DNA from: Clostridia bacterium
GTDB taxonomy: Bacteria > Bacillota > Clostridia > Christensenellales > CAG-138
DNA: 64,000 nt
Assembly (NCBI GenBank): GCA_036651815.1
Contig: JAVVXB010000001.1
Coordinates: 62,640-126,639 of the forward strand
Reading direction: 5' to 3'
Both the position numbers and the translations under genes were made by a program. The notes below the pieces were generated by a model that was not told the DNA's origin, did not search any database, and worked only from the letters and a program-made list of their open reading frames with translations. Positions 49,085 to 58,123 of this stretch are shown here, piece after piece (within the stretch, counting starts at the first letter, position 1; the number at the start of each line of letters is the position of its first letter).

Positions 49085-49121
49085 TTATATATTAAAAAGA
49101 GAATAGGATAGGAGCAAGCAA

Positions 49122-50297
49122 ATGGATTACGCAAAGGAAAGCTTACGCCTGCACGGCGAATGGAAGGGCAAGATCGAGGTTGTTGCAACCGTCCCGGTGG
49201 CTTCAAAGGAAGATTTATCGCTGGCCTATACGCCGGGCGTAGCGCAGCCGTGTTTGGAAATTCAAAAGGACGTGAATAAAAGCTATGAGCTGACACGACG
49301 GTGGAATCTGTGCTTGGTCGTGACTGACGGCACAGCGGTGCTAGGCCTTGGCGATATCGGCCCGGAGGCCGGCATGCCGGTAATGGAAGGCAAGTGCGTG
49401 TTGTTTAAAACCTTTGGGGGCGTGGATGCATTTCCACTGTGCATCAAGAGCAAGGATGTAGACGAAATTGTGAATACAATCTACCTGATTTCCGGTAGCT
49501 TTGGTGGGGTGAATCTTGAAGATATTGCAGCGCCTAGATGCTTCGAAATCGAGAAAAAGCTTAAGGAAAAATGCGATATTCCGATATTTCATGATGATCA
49601 GCATGGTACGGCAGTGATTACGCTGGCGGGCTTGACGAATGCGCTAAAGGTGGTTAAAAAAAGCAAGCATGATGTTAAAATTGTGATCAATGGCGCGGGT
49701 GCGGCGGCCATCAGTATCACAAGGCTGCTGCTTTCCGACGGATTTACGGACGTAACGCTGTGCGACCGGAAAGGCACAATCTATGAAGGTCGCGCGGAAG
49801 GCATGAACGCAATCAAGGACGAAATGGCAAAGGTGACAAATCGTGCTAAGAAAGTTGGATCGCTTGCAGATGCACTTGCGGGCGTGGATGTGTTTATCGG
49901 GGTATCAGCACCAGGTGTTGTGACAACAGAGATGGTGAAAACGATGGCTGGGGACGCGATTATTTTTGCGTGCGCCAACCCCACACCGGAGATTTTCCCC
50001 GATGATGCCAAGGCAGGTGGCGCACGTGTCATCGCCACGGGCAGAAGCGATTATCCGAACCAAATCAACAATGTGCTGGCATTTCCGGGAATCTTCCGCG
50101 GCACGTTTGATGTGCGCGCAAGCGATATCAACGATGAGATGAAGATCGCGGCGGCGTATGCGCTGGCAGGGTTGATTGGCGATGATGAACTGAGCGCGGA
50201 TTATATCATTCCAAAGGCGTTCGATCCACGCGTAGGGCAAACGGTAGCGACTGCGGTTGCGGAGGCCGCCAGAAAAACTGGCGTGGCGAGAATCTAA
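49122..50297 (+). CDS. NAD(P)-dependent malic enzyme (short, MaeB N-terminal type)
   Basis: LSLAYTPGVA, TDGTAVLGLGDIGPEAGMPVMEGK, FGGVNLEDI, HDDQHGTA and INGAGAAA are malic enzyme signatures. Confidence 0.9.
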   Translation: MDYAKESLRLHGEWKGKIEVVATVPVASKEDLSLAYTPGVAQPCLEIQKDVNKSYELTRRWNLCLVVTDGTAVLGLGDIGPEAGMPVMEGKCVLFKTFGGVDAFPLCIKSKDVDEIVNTIYLISGSFGGVNLEDIAAPRCFEIEKKLKEKCDIPIFHDDQHGTAVITLAGLTNALKVVKKSKHDVKIVINGAGAAAISITRLLLSDGFTDVTLCDRKGTIYEGRAEGMNAIKDEMAKVTNRAKKVGSLADALAGVDVFIGVSAPGVVTTEMVKTMAGDAIIFACANPTPEIFPDDAKAGGARVIATGRSDYPNQINNVLAFPGIFRGTFDVRASDINDEMKIAAAYALAGLIGDDELSADYIIPKAFDPRVGQTVATAVAEAARKTGVARI

Positions 50298-50312
50298 CTT
50301 AGAGTCCCAAAT

Positions 50313-50345
50313 TTGCGCTGCTTTTGACGGGGCAGCGCAATTTGT
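50313..50345 (+). terminator. Probable terminator after the malic enzyme gene
   Basis: TTGCGCTGC-N10-GCAGCGCAA followed by TTTGTGGTTT. Confidence 0.6.
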
Positions 50346-50433
50346 GGTTTCAAAATTCTGAAAGGTCTTGCACATACATGGTCTTACGGATATAATGAAA
50401 AATTGACTGAAGATATTTAGGGAGGAACAAAAT

Positions 50434-53067
50434 TTGGCACATAAGTACGTTTACCTGTTCAGTGAAGGCGGCGCAGACATGCGTGCGCTGCTCGGCGGAA
50501 AGGGCGCAAACCTCGCTGAGATGACCAATCTGGGGCTGCCGGTTCCGTTTGGATTCACGGTTTCCACGGAAGCTTGCATTCGCTACTATAAGGATAACAA
50601 AACGATTGCCGATGAAATCATCGAGCAGGTCTATGAGGCACTGGAAAAGAGTGAGAAGGACGCGAACAAAAAGTTTGGCGATCCGACCAATCCATTTCTT
50701 GTCTCCGTCCGCAGCGGCGCACGCGCTTCGATGCCGGGCATGATGGATACCATCCTGAACCTTGGCTTGAACGACAAAACCGTGGTCGGTCTGGCAGAGC
50801 TCACGAATAACGAGCGCTTTGCATTTGATAGCTACCGCCGTTTTATCCAGATGTTTTCGGATGTCGTTATGGACGTTGAAAAGTCAAAGTTTGACGCAAT
50901 CTTTGATGATGCAAAAAAGACGAACCACTGCAAACTCGATACCGAATTGAACGCAGAGAATCTCAAAGAAGTTGTCAAGCGCTATAAGAAATTGTATGCC
51001 GAGGAAAAAGGCGTGGAGTTTCCGCAGGATCCAAAAGAACAGCTGATGGAATCAATCAAGGCCGTATTCCGTAGCTGGGACAACCCTCGCGCTATCGTGT
51101 ACCGCAGAAAGAACGATATTCCATCCGACTGGGGAACCGCCGTCAACGTGCAGAGCATGGTGTTTGGCAACATGGGCAGCGACTGTGGCACTGGCGTTGC
51201 GTTTACGCGTAATCCATCCACGGGCGAAAAGAAGCTCTATGGTGAATTCTTAATGAACGCGCAGGGCGAAGACGTGGTCGCTGGAATTCGCACGCCGTCA
51301 CCCATCGAAGAGCTTCGAATCTCTCAGCCGGAGGTGTACAAGCAATTTGTAGCCATCGCCAATAAGCTGGAGGCTCATTACCGCGATATGCAGGATATGG
51401 AGTTTACGATTGAACGCGGACGCTTGTTCATGCTGCAGACGCGCAACGGCAAGCGCACAGCAGCCGCGGCTTTGCAGATTGCTGTCGATCTTGTGAATGA
51501 GAAGATGATTACAAAGGAAGAGGCGCTGATTAAGATTGACCCGAAGTCGCTTGACGCGTTGCTTCACCCCACATTTGAGCCGAAGGCACTTAAAAAAGCC
51601 AAGCCCATTGCCAGCGGACTGCCCGCTTCCCCCGGCGCAGCCTGCGGACGTGTCTACTTTACAGCTGCGGATGCCATGGAGGCAGCTAAGCGCGGCGAGA
51701 AGGTCATATTGGTTCGTCTTGAAACCAGTCCAGAGGATATCGAGGGCATGTATGCCGCGGAAGGCGTGTTGACTGCACGCGGCGGAATGACCTCTCACGC
51801 AGCGGTTGTGGCGCGCGGCATGGGTACCTGCTGCGTGGCCGGTTGCTCTGATGTAATGATTCTGGAAAAGAGCCGTACGTTTACCACGGTGAGTGGTCTG
51901 CAATTTAACGAAGGCGACTGGCTGAGTCTCGATGGGTCCACCGGCAATGTCTATGGCGATGCACTTCCCACCATCGATGCACAGGTTTCCGGTAATTTTG
52001 CTACCATCATGCAATGGTCGGATGATTTCCGCACGCTCAAAGTCCGCACGAACGCTGACAATCCGCATGATGCGGAAGTAGCCGTCAAGTTTGGCGCCGA
52101 GGGTATCGGCTTATGTCGGACGGAGCACATGTTCTTTGATGAAAGCCGGATTCCGGCTATGCGCGAGATGATCGTGAGCAAGAATGAAGAGAGCAGACGC
52201 CGCGCACTGGCAAAGCTGCTGCCTATGCAGCGCTCGGATTTTAAGGGGATTTACAAGGCCATGGGTAGCCGTCCGGTTACCATTCGGTTTTTGGATCCGC
52301 CGTTACATGAATTTCTGCCTTCCGAGGATAACGACATCCGTTCGTTAGCCAAGGAGATGGGTCTTTCGTTTGAAGAGCTCAAGCTGACGGTTGCCAACCT
52401 GCACGAGTTCAACCCGATGCTTGGTCATCGAGGCTGCCGTCTGGCGGTTACCTATCCGGAAATTGCAGAGATGCAGACGCGTGCCGTCATCGAAGCGGCC
52501 ATCGAAACCAGGGAAGAAACCGGCATTCAGATCATTCCGGAGATCATGATTCCTCTCGTTGGAGAACCCAAGGAATTGGAGTATGTTAAGACTGTGGTTG
52601 ACAGGACTGCACATGAGGTCATGAAGGAACGTGGCATCGAAATCCCTTACATGGTCGGTACGATGATCGAGGTTCCTCGTGCGGCGCTGATGGCTGACAA
52701 GATTGCTGAATATGCACAGTTCTTCAGCTTTGGCACGAATGATCTTAGCCAGATGACCTTTGGCTTCAGCCGGGATGACGCGGGGAAGTTCCTCGATGAT
52801 TATTATAAGAAGAAAATCTTCGAGTCCGATCCATTTGCGCGTCTGGACCAAGAAGGCGTTGGCAAACTGGTCAAGATGGCAGCTGAACTTGGCCGCAGCG
52901 CTCGCCCAGATATCAAACTGGGCATCTGCGGTGAACATGGCGGTGATCCATCAAGCATCGAGTTCTGCCACAATGTGGGGCTGAACTATGTCTCCTGCTC
53001 ACCGTTCCGTGTGCCGATTGCGCGGCTTTCCGCGGCGCAGGCAAGGATCAACGAACTGTCCAAATAG
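50434..53067 (+). CDS. ppdK: Pyruvate, phosphate dikinase
   Basis: 877 aa. A TTG start 7 nt after SD GGGAGGA gives MAHKYVYLF. Contains GGKGANLAEM, the phosphohistidine region GGMTSHAAVVARGMG, and the C-terminal PEP-utilising TIM barrel (GICGEHGGDP). Confidence 0.95.
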   Translation: MAHKYVYLFSEGGADMRALLGGKGANLAEMTNLGLPVPFGFTVSTEACIRYYKDNKTIADEIIEQVYEALEKSEKDANKKFGDPTNPFLVSVRSGARASMPGMMDTILNLGLNDKTVVGLAELTNNERFAFDSYRRFIQMFSDVVMDVEKSKFDAIFDDAKKTNHCKLDTELNAENLKEVVKRYKKLYAEEKGVEFPQDPKEQLMESIKAVFRSWDNPRAIVYRRKNDIPSDWGTAVNVQSMVFGNMGSDCGTGVAFTRNPSTGEKKLYGEFLMNAQGEDVVAGIRTPSPIEELRISQPEVYKQFVAIANKLEAHYRDMQDMEFTIERGRLFMLQTRNGKRTAAAALQIAVDLVNEKMITKEEALIKIDPKSLDALLHPTFEPKALKKAKPIASGLPASPGAACGRVYFTAADAMEAAKRGEKVILVRLETSPEDIEGMYAAEGVLTARGGMTSHAAVVARGMGTCCVAGCSDVMILEKSRTFTTVSGLQFNEGDWLSLDGSTGNVYGDALPTIDAQVSGNFATIMQWSDDFRTLKVRTNADNPHDAEVAVKFGAEGIGLCRTEHMFFDESRIPAMREMIVSKNEESRRRALAKLLPMQRSDFKGIYKAMGSRPVTIRFLDPPLHEFLPSEDNDIRSLAKEMGLSFEELKLTVANLHEFNPMLGHRGCRLAVTYPEIAEMQTRAVIEAAIETREETGIQIIPEIMIPLVGEPKELEYVKTVVDRTAHEVMKERGIEIPYMVGTMIEVPRAALMADKIAEYAQFFSFGTNDLSQMTFGFSRDDAGKFLDDYYKKKIFESDPFARLDQEGVGKLVKMAAELGRSARPDIKLGICGEHGGDPSSIEFCHNVGLNYVSCSPFRVPIARLSAAQARINELSK

Positions 53068-53086
53068 TCAAACTTGGATTCTCGAC

Positions 53087-53114
53087 AGAGCCGACAGCAT
53101 TTGCTGTCGGCTCT
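53087..53114 (+). terminator. Probable terminator after ppdK
   Basis: Perfect 12-bp stem AGAGCCGACAGC-attt-GCTGTCGGCTCT. The downstream U-tract is weak. Confidence 0.65.
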
Positions 53115-53136
53115 ACTTGTATGATGAGGATGGCTT

Positions 53137-54780
53137 TTGCAGATACTCTCTGGTATGGAAGAAATGGGAAAACGACGCGGCTGGTGCAATTTTTTTGCCC
53201 GTATGCGCTTTGACCGGCCAAATGCCGCATTTGAATTACTGGAGACGGAGCATGGACAACCCTCGTTCTGGGGCGGTTGGCAGGAAAACTGCGCCGGGGT
53301 GGATTCTGTACAGCAGACAGCGGATGACGCCATCAATAGGAGTTTAGCGAAAAATCGTCAGCGGTTATCGCGCGAGCTACGTGGGGAGATTAACTCCGAT
53401 TTGATTTTGCGCCCGTTTGTGCTTGGTGGTGCTGTTCCTGCGCTTGCGGCATTTTTAAACGGCATGGCTGATGGAGAACAGATCAATGATTTTATTTTAA
53501 AACCGGGTATGCGCCGTGACTGTATGCAAAACGCTGGGGAGCAGTGGGCGGCTTTTGCACTTGAAAATGTTTTTGCTATGCAGGAAGCGGAGCTCTCCAG
53601 CAGTTGGGGGACAGCCAAAGAAGCCATTGAAGAAGGCAGGACGGTCGTTTTTATCGAGGGAGATATCAGCGCGGTACTGATGGATACCCGTGGTTTTGCG
53701 AGCCGCTCGGTGACCACGCCACAGAATGAGGTCGTGATCCTTGGGCCACATGAGGCGTTTACGGAGAATATTCGAACGAACGTGACGCTGATCCGCCGCA
53801 TTATCAAAACGGACGATCTGGTCTGCGAATTTCGGAAATCCGGTGGAAAAAACAACAATCGGATTGCAATTTTATATCGGGATGGCCTAGCAAATCCAAG
53901 CTTGATCAATGAAGTCAAGCGCAGGTTCGCAGCCGTTGATACGCTGATGGTGTTATCTATCGGCACGTTGGAGCAGTTGACGGAAGCGCATCCGTTTTCA
54001 CCGCTGCCGCAGTCGCTGACTACGGAGCGGCCGGATCGAGTGGCATCGTATCTGATGCAGGGGCATGTGGCGGTACTGTGTGAGGGCAGTCCGTTCAGCA
54101 ACGTAATGCCAGCGACGCTCTTTGCCATCATGAGCTCCGGCGAGGACGCCTATCTGCGTCAGCCAGTGGGGACGATCGTGCGGATCGTACGGTATGTGGG
54201 TGCATTTCTGTCCATCATCATGCCCGCTTACTTTCTTGCACTGGCGCTGCATCATCAGGGCATGCTTTCCGGAGAGGTGCTGGCGACGGTGATTGCATCG
54301 CGCAATATGGTATTTTTACCACTGGGCGTAGAGATGCTCTTTCTGCTGTTTGTGTTCCAACTTGTCCGACAAGCCGGCATCAGCGTACCGGGGGCAATGG
54401 GACAGAGCATTGGCATTATCGGTGGCCTGATTCTTGGACAGGCGGCAGTGAGCGCCAATATTGTCAGTAAGGTGGTGCTGATAATCGTTGCGTTAGCTGG
54501 GCTAGGCAATTTCTGCATTCCCGATTACAACACGCAGTTGGCGGCGGCTTATTACCGCATCACACTGGCCATGTTTGCATGGCTGGGCGGATTATTGGGA
54601 CTTTCCTGTGCGCTGCTGATTACCATTGCGATGTTGTCCAGTCTCAAGTCGTATGGCGTGCCGTTTCTGACACCGGTTTCTCCAAAAACATACGCGAAGG
54701 GTCCGACGGTTTTACGTGGAAGGGTAGAGATGCATCTGCGACCCACGGATTATATCAATGGTAGGAGGAGAAAGCCATGA
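53137..54780 (+). CDS. Spore germinant receptor A subunit (GerA/GerAA family)
   Basis: Soluble N-terminal domain plus 4-5 C-terminal TM helices. ILGPHEAFTENIRTNVTLIRRII, TERPDRVASYLMQGHVAVL and SPFSNVMPATLF are GerA-family signatures. The start is uncertain (TTG 53137, ATG 53155 or ATG 53164). Confidence 0.85.
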   Translation: MQILSGMEEMGKRRGWCNFFARMRFDRPNAAFELLETEHGQPSFWGGWQENCAGVDSVQQTADDAINRSLAKNRQRLSRELRGEINSDLILRPFVLGGAVPALAAFLNGMADGEQINDFILKPGMRRDCMQNAGEQWAAFALENVFAMQEAELSSSWGTAKEAIEEGRTVVFIEGDISAVLMDTRGFASRSVTTPQNEVVILGPHEAFTENIRTNVTLIRRIIKTDDLVCEFRKSGGKNNNRIAILYRDGLANPSLINEVKRRFAAVDTLMVLSIGTLEQLTEAHPFSPLPQSLTTERPDRVASYLMQGHVAVLCEGSPFSNVMPATLFAIMSSGEDAYLRQPVGTIVRIVRYVGAFLSIIMPAYFLALALHHQGMLSGEVLATVIASRNMVFLPLGVEMLFLLFVFQLVRQAGISVPGAMGQSIGIIGGLILGQAAVSANIVSKVVLIIVALAGLGNFCIPDYNTQLAAAYYRITLAMFAWLGGLLGLSCALLITIAMLSSLKSYGVPFLTPVSPKTYAKGPTVLRGRVEMHLRPTDYINGRRRKP

Positions 54781-55871
54781 ACCTGCGGGAAGGAAGAATC
54801 GGACGGCAGGAAACCGCAGCGGTGGCATTGATTGCCTGTACAATCTGCGGCATATTTTCAATGAATACCGAAAACTTTTACAGACAGGGGAATTCTTCGT
54901 ATATTTCCAGCGCACTATCGGCAGGATTATCGCTGCTGGCTTTTTTCCTGATTGCAGAAGCGATGCGGAGGAAGCACTGCCGGAATCTAGCGGCATTGTA
55001 CCGCATGGCATATGGACGCATACTGGCGATTCCGCTGTCGTTTGTGACGTTGCTGATGCTGATCTATTCTGCGATTATGCCGCTTGATCGTCTGCTGATT
55101 ATTCTGTGCCGCTATGTGTTTATTGAAACAACAGCGCAGCAAGTGATGCTGTATATGACAGCATGCGTGGTGTTATTGGCATGGATGGGACTGGAGATTA
55201 TTGCTCGCACAGCTAAAATATTGGTTGGGGTGATTGTCCTTGCTTTTTTCGTCGCATTTTTGATTGCCATTCCTGCCTATGAGGTCTATCGATTATATCC
55301 GCTGCTTGGCAATGGACTTGGATCTACATTTTTGCTGGGGCTAACGGGTATCGCGCGTTTTTTCCCGGGGGTGCTGGCCTTGCTCATCTGCGGCGTTGGC
55401 GTGCAGGGACTGAACAGTGCTGCAACGGGCGCAAACGCGGGCATATTGGGTGGAGGATTACTTACGGTTGGTTCGCAACTTTGCCTTGGGATGACGTATC
55501 CGGCTAGCTTGCTGGCAACCATGCATGCACCAATGTACCGACTCACCATGTCTGTGAAAACGGGAAGCTCATATTTGCGTACAGACAAGCTGCTATTATT
55601 TTTCTGGATGATGGCTGGTCTGCTGGTGGGTGGATTCTATGCATACACGGGGGCGCTACTATACGCGGGCACTGCATACATGCGGGATATCCGTCCGGCG
55701 GCGGCGGCGGTTGGTCTGTCCATCGGTGCACTGACATTGATTGGATACTTGCAGTTTGCATGGTTTGAAAGCATCATGTTGTTTTTGCACGTCTACGCTT
55801 GGGCATTGCTGCTGCTACCGCCGATGATGGCAGCGATGATTGTAAGCATAAAGCCGGAGCATGCGGAATGA
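54777..55871 (+). CDS. Spore germinant receptor B subunit (GerAB-type, APC-like permease)
   Basis: 364 aa with about 10 TM helices. SD GGAGGAGAAA and ATGA overlap with the A subunit gene. In the operon position expected for a B subunit. Confidence 0.8.
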   Translation: MNLREGRIGRQETAAVALIACTICGIFSMNTENFYRQGNSSYISSALSAGLSLLAFFLIAEAMRRKHCRNLAALYRMAYGRILAIPLSFVTLLMLIYSAIMPLDRLLIILCRYVFIETTAQQVMLYMTACVVLLAWMGLEIIARTAKILVGVIVLAFFVAFLIAIPAYEVYRLYPLLGNGLGSTFLLGLTGIARFFPGVLALLICGVGVQGLNSAATGANAGILGGGLLTVGSQLCLGMTYPASLLATMHAPMYRLTMSVKTGSSYLRTDKLLLFFWMMAGLLVGGFYAYTGALLYAGTAYMRDIRPAAAAVGLSIGALTLIGYLQFAWFESIMLFLHVYAWALLLLPPMMAAMIVSIKPEHAE

Positions 55872-57064
55872 AGAAAATACTATCATTCATCGTCGCTTGC
55901 GCCATTGCAATACCTTCTGTTGGGTGTCTGGAAGCGCATAGCCTGGATCAATATGGGTATGTGATGGGCATTGGATTTGATAAAGGCGAGGTATTGCCGT
56001 ATCGAATTACCTTGATGCTGCAAAATATGCAAATGGGATCGGATGAACAAAAAAACGGCGGGTTCACGCTTATTGACGCAGAATGCAGAAATTTGTTTGA
56101 GGCAATTGAAACACTTTCCGGCAGTTTACCGTTTCAATTGGATTTTGCGCGCACAGCGTTACTTGTCATAGAGTCCTCTCTCTTGCAGGAAGAAGGCGGC
56201 CTGGAACGACTATTGGACCTGTCGCTGCATCACTTGCTGATCCGGTATAATGCAAATGTGTTTGTATCGCTTTCCTCGGCATACGATGCAATGGGAGGGC
56301 TGCAAAACGAATTGGACCCGAATTTATCAAAGATGCAGCAAAATTTCGTGGCATACTCGGAGAGTACAGGACTGATTCCAGTGACCAATTTAATGATGCT
56401 CAGCGAGGAAATGACAGAGAAAACGCATGATCCGATGTTACCGGTGTGCGGCATAACACATGAGGAACAAAAGGTGACGCAAGGAAGGGATAGCGTCGGG
56501 GAAACGCCCTATGCGTATATCGGCGGTAGCTTGCTGATCAAAAGCGGTATGAAGACAGAGCTTGCCGGCGCGGCACTGCTTTCCAACGGGCGGATGGTTG
56601 GCGTGTTGGGTGGACAGAATACACAACTATTGTTGATGGGAAATGGCACGTTTCAATCCGGCCGTATGCAACTGCTGGACCGGAAAGGAAACACAGTCAG
56701 CGTATATTTTGAGAAGGACGGAGAAATGAAGGTTCATCTAACGCTATGGCCGATGCCAAGAGCGATTGTGACGATTCCGCTGACGGCAAACATTGAGTTA
56801 CCGGATCGGTCGATCGAGGAGAGCAAGGAGCGTACGCAGGAAATGATTGCAGAACAGCTCGCGCAAGGAACACAAAAGGTCTTTGCATGCTGCCAAAAGC
56901 ATGGGGCGGATACCTTTGGCTTTGGCAAATATGCAGTGAAACAGTTTTCGCGCACGGTTGATTGGGACCGCTATGATTGGAAAAAGGCGTATCAAGAATT
57001 GAATGCAACCTTCATCTACACGGTGCGGCTGGTGCAAAATCCAGAGAAATCCGCGTTGGAATAG
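55868..57064 (+). CDS. Spore germinant receptor C subunit (Ger(x)C lipoprotein)
   Basis: The internal ATG gives MKKILSFIVACAIAIPSVGC (lipobox), followed by LDQYGYVMGIGFDK, typical of GerAC. ATGA overlap with the B subunit gene. Confidence 0.85.
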   Translation: MKKILSFIVACAIAIPSVGCLEAHSLDQYGYVMGIGFDKGEVLPYRITLMLQNMQMGSDEQKNGGFTLIDAECRNLFEAIETLSGSLPFQLDFARTALLVIESSLLQEEGGLERLLDLSLHHLLIRYNANVFVSLSSAYDAMGGLQNELDPNLSKMQQNFVAYSESTGLIPVTNLMMLSEEMTEKTHDPMLPVCGITHEEQKVTQGRDSVGETPYAYIGGSLLIKSGMKTELAGAALLSNGRMVGVLGGQNTQLLLMGNGTFQSGRMQLLDRKGNTVSVYFEKDGEMKVHLTLWPMPRAIVTIPLTANIELPDRSIEESKERTQEMIAEQLAQGTQKVFACCQKHGADTFGFGKYAVKQFSRTVDWDRYDWKKAYQELNATFIYTVRLVQNPEKSALE

Positions 57065-57075
57065 GAGACGCGATC

Positions 57076-57234
57076 TTGCTGCTATACTGTATCGCTTCAT
57101 TGGTTTCTGCGGGCTATTTGGGCTGTTATGCGGTACACTGCTTTCAGCAGGGCAGACCGCTTGCGGGCGTGAGCGTTTTGCTGCTCACAACACTGCCCTT
57201 GTTTTGTGCTGTAGTCTTGATTTTCAATTCTTAA
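57076..57234 (+). CDS. Candidate small 2-TM membrane protein (52 aa) trailing the ger operon
   Basis: The TTG start at 57076 lies 7 nt after AGGAGA (57063-57068). Translation: MLLYCIASLVSAGYLGCYAVHCFQQGRPLAGVSVLLLTTLPLFCAVVLIFNS, two hydrophobic helices with a short polar loop. I recognise no homology. Confidence 0.35.
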   Translation: MLLYCIASLVSAGYLGCYAVHCFQQGRPLAGVSVLLLTTLPLFCAVVLIFNS

Positions 57235-57256
57235 TTTGAGTTTACAGAAAACCTAC

Positions 57257-57286
57257 TGGCAATTTCGCTTTAAAAAGTGATATAAT
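57257..57286 (+). promoter_or_regulatory. Possible extended -10 promoter abutting the DUF5685 start codon
   Basis: TGaTATAAT (-10 at 57281-57286) with a weak -35, TGGCAA (57257-57262). Only 6 nt separate the -10 from ATG 57293. Confidence 0.35.
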
Positions 57287-57292
57287 CAAAAT

Positions 57293-58123
57293 ATGTTTGG
57301 CTACATTCGTCCAATGGAATGTGAATTGCGTGTGCGTGAACAACAGGAATACCGCGCGCATTATTGCGGCTTGTGCAAAAATATCGGCCGGCGGTACGGA
57401 TTGGTCGCCCGGCTTGCGCTCAACTATGATTGCACGTTTCTGTGTGCTTTTTTAGCGGCGACCGAGGGAAAGGTCTGCTATGAAAAGCACCGCTGTCTTT
57501 GTCATCTTGGACGTGGCAAGCAACCGATGGCCTGCGCATCAAAATCACTGGATTATGCTGCTGATGTCAACGTGATGCTTGCATGGTACGCAGCCTGTGA
57601 CAACTGGCAGGATGAAAAACGGCTGTCCGCGCTTTTTCTGCGCATGCTGCTGGCGCGTGCCTATCAAAAGGCGGCTGCACGGAGGCCGGAGCTCTGCATA
57701 GAAGTGGAAAAAAACCTTGCGCAGCTACACCGGATTGAACGGGCAAATGTTTCTTGTACGGACGAACCATCCGATACGTTCGGTGCGCTCATGCGCGCTG
57801 TCGTGATGCACGCACCAACGTTGCCGGAAGCGGAAGAGGCGGCCTGCGGGTGGATGTTCTACAATCTTGGCCGTTGGGTATATCTGGCTGATGCCTGGGA
57901 TGACCGTGAGAAGGATCGAAAGCGCGGTGACTACAACCCGTTTTTAACGACGAATATGGATGCGGACGCAGCGGCGTTTCTGCTGTATGTTTCACTAACG
58001 GAAGCAGAAAAGGGATTTGATCTTGTTGATCTACCGGGCGCACATGGGCTGGTAGACAATATCATGCATTTGGGCTGCCGGATGCGCACGCAGCAGCTAT
58101 TGAATAAGGAGAACGCAGAATGA
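57293..58123 (+). CDS. DUF5685-like family protein
   Basis: [37 protein letters not shown]-terminus, as I recall for DUF5685. 276 aa, with several conserved-looking Cys/His. The stop overlaps the next start (ATGA). Confidence 0.65.
   Translation: MFGYIRPMECELRVREQQEYRAHYCGLCKNIGRRYGLVARLALNYDCTFLCAFLAATEGKVCYEKHRCLCHLGRGKQPMACASKSLDYAADVNVMLAWYAACDNWQDEKRLSALFLRMLLARAYQKAAARRPELCIEVEKNLAQLHRIERANVSCTDEPSDTFGALMRAVVMHAPTLPEAEEAACGWMFYNLGRWVYLADAWDDREKDRKRGDYNPFLTTNMDADAAAFLLYVSLTEAEKGFDLVDLPGAHGLVDNIMHLGCRMRTQQLLNKENAE

Noticed and set aside
53115-53136. Forespore (sigma-G/sigma-F type) promoter upstream of the ger operon.
   Set aside because: The 69-nt gap after ppdK is mostly terminator hairpin. 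The only -10-like hexamer (TATGAT, 53120-53125) is 11 nt from the TTG start and has no suitable -35. I cannot support a promoter call.
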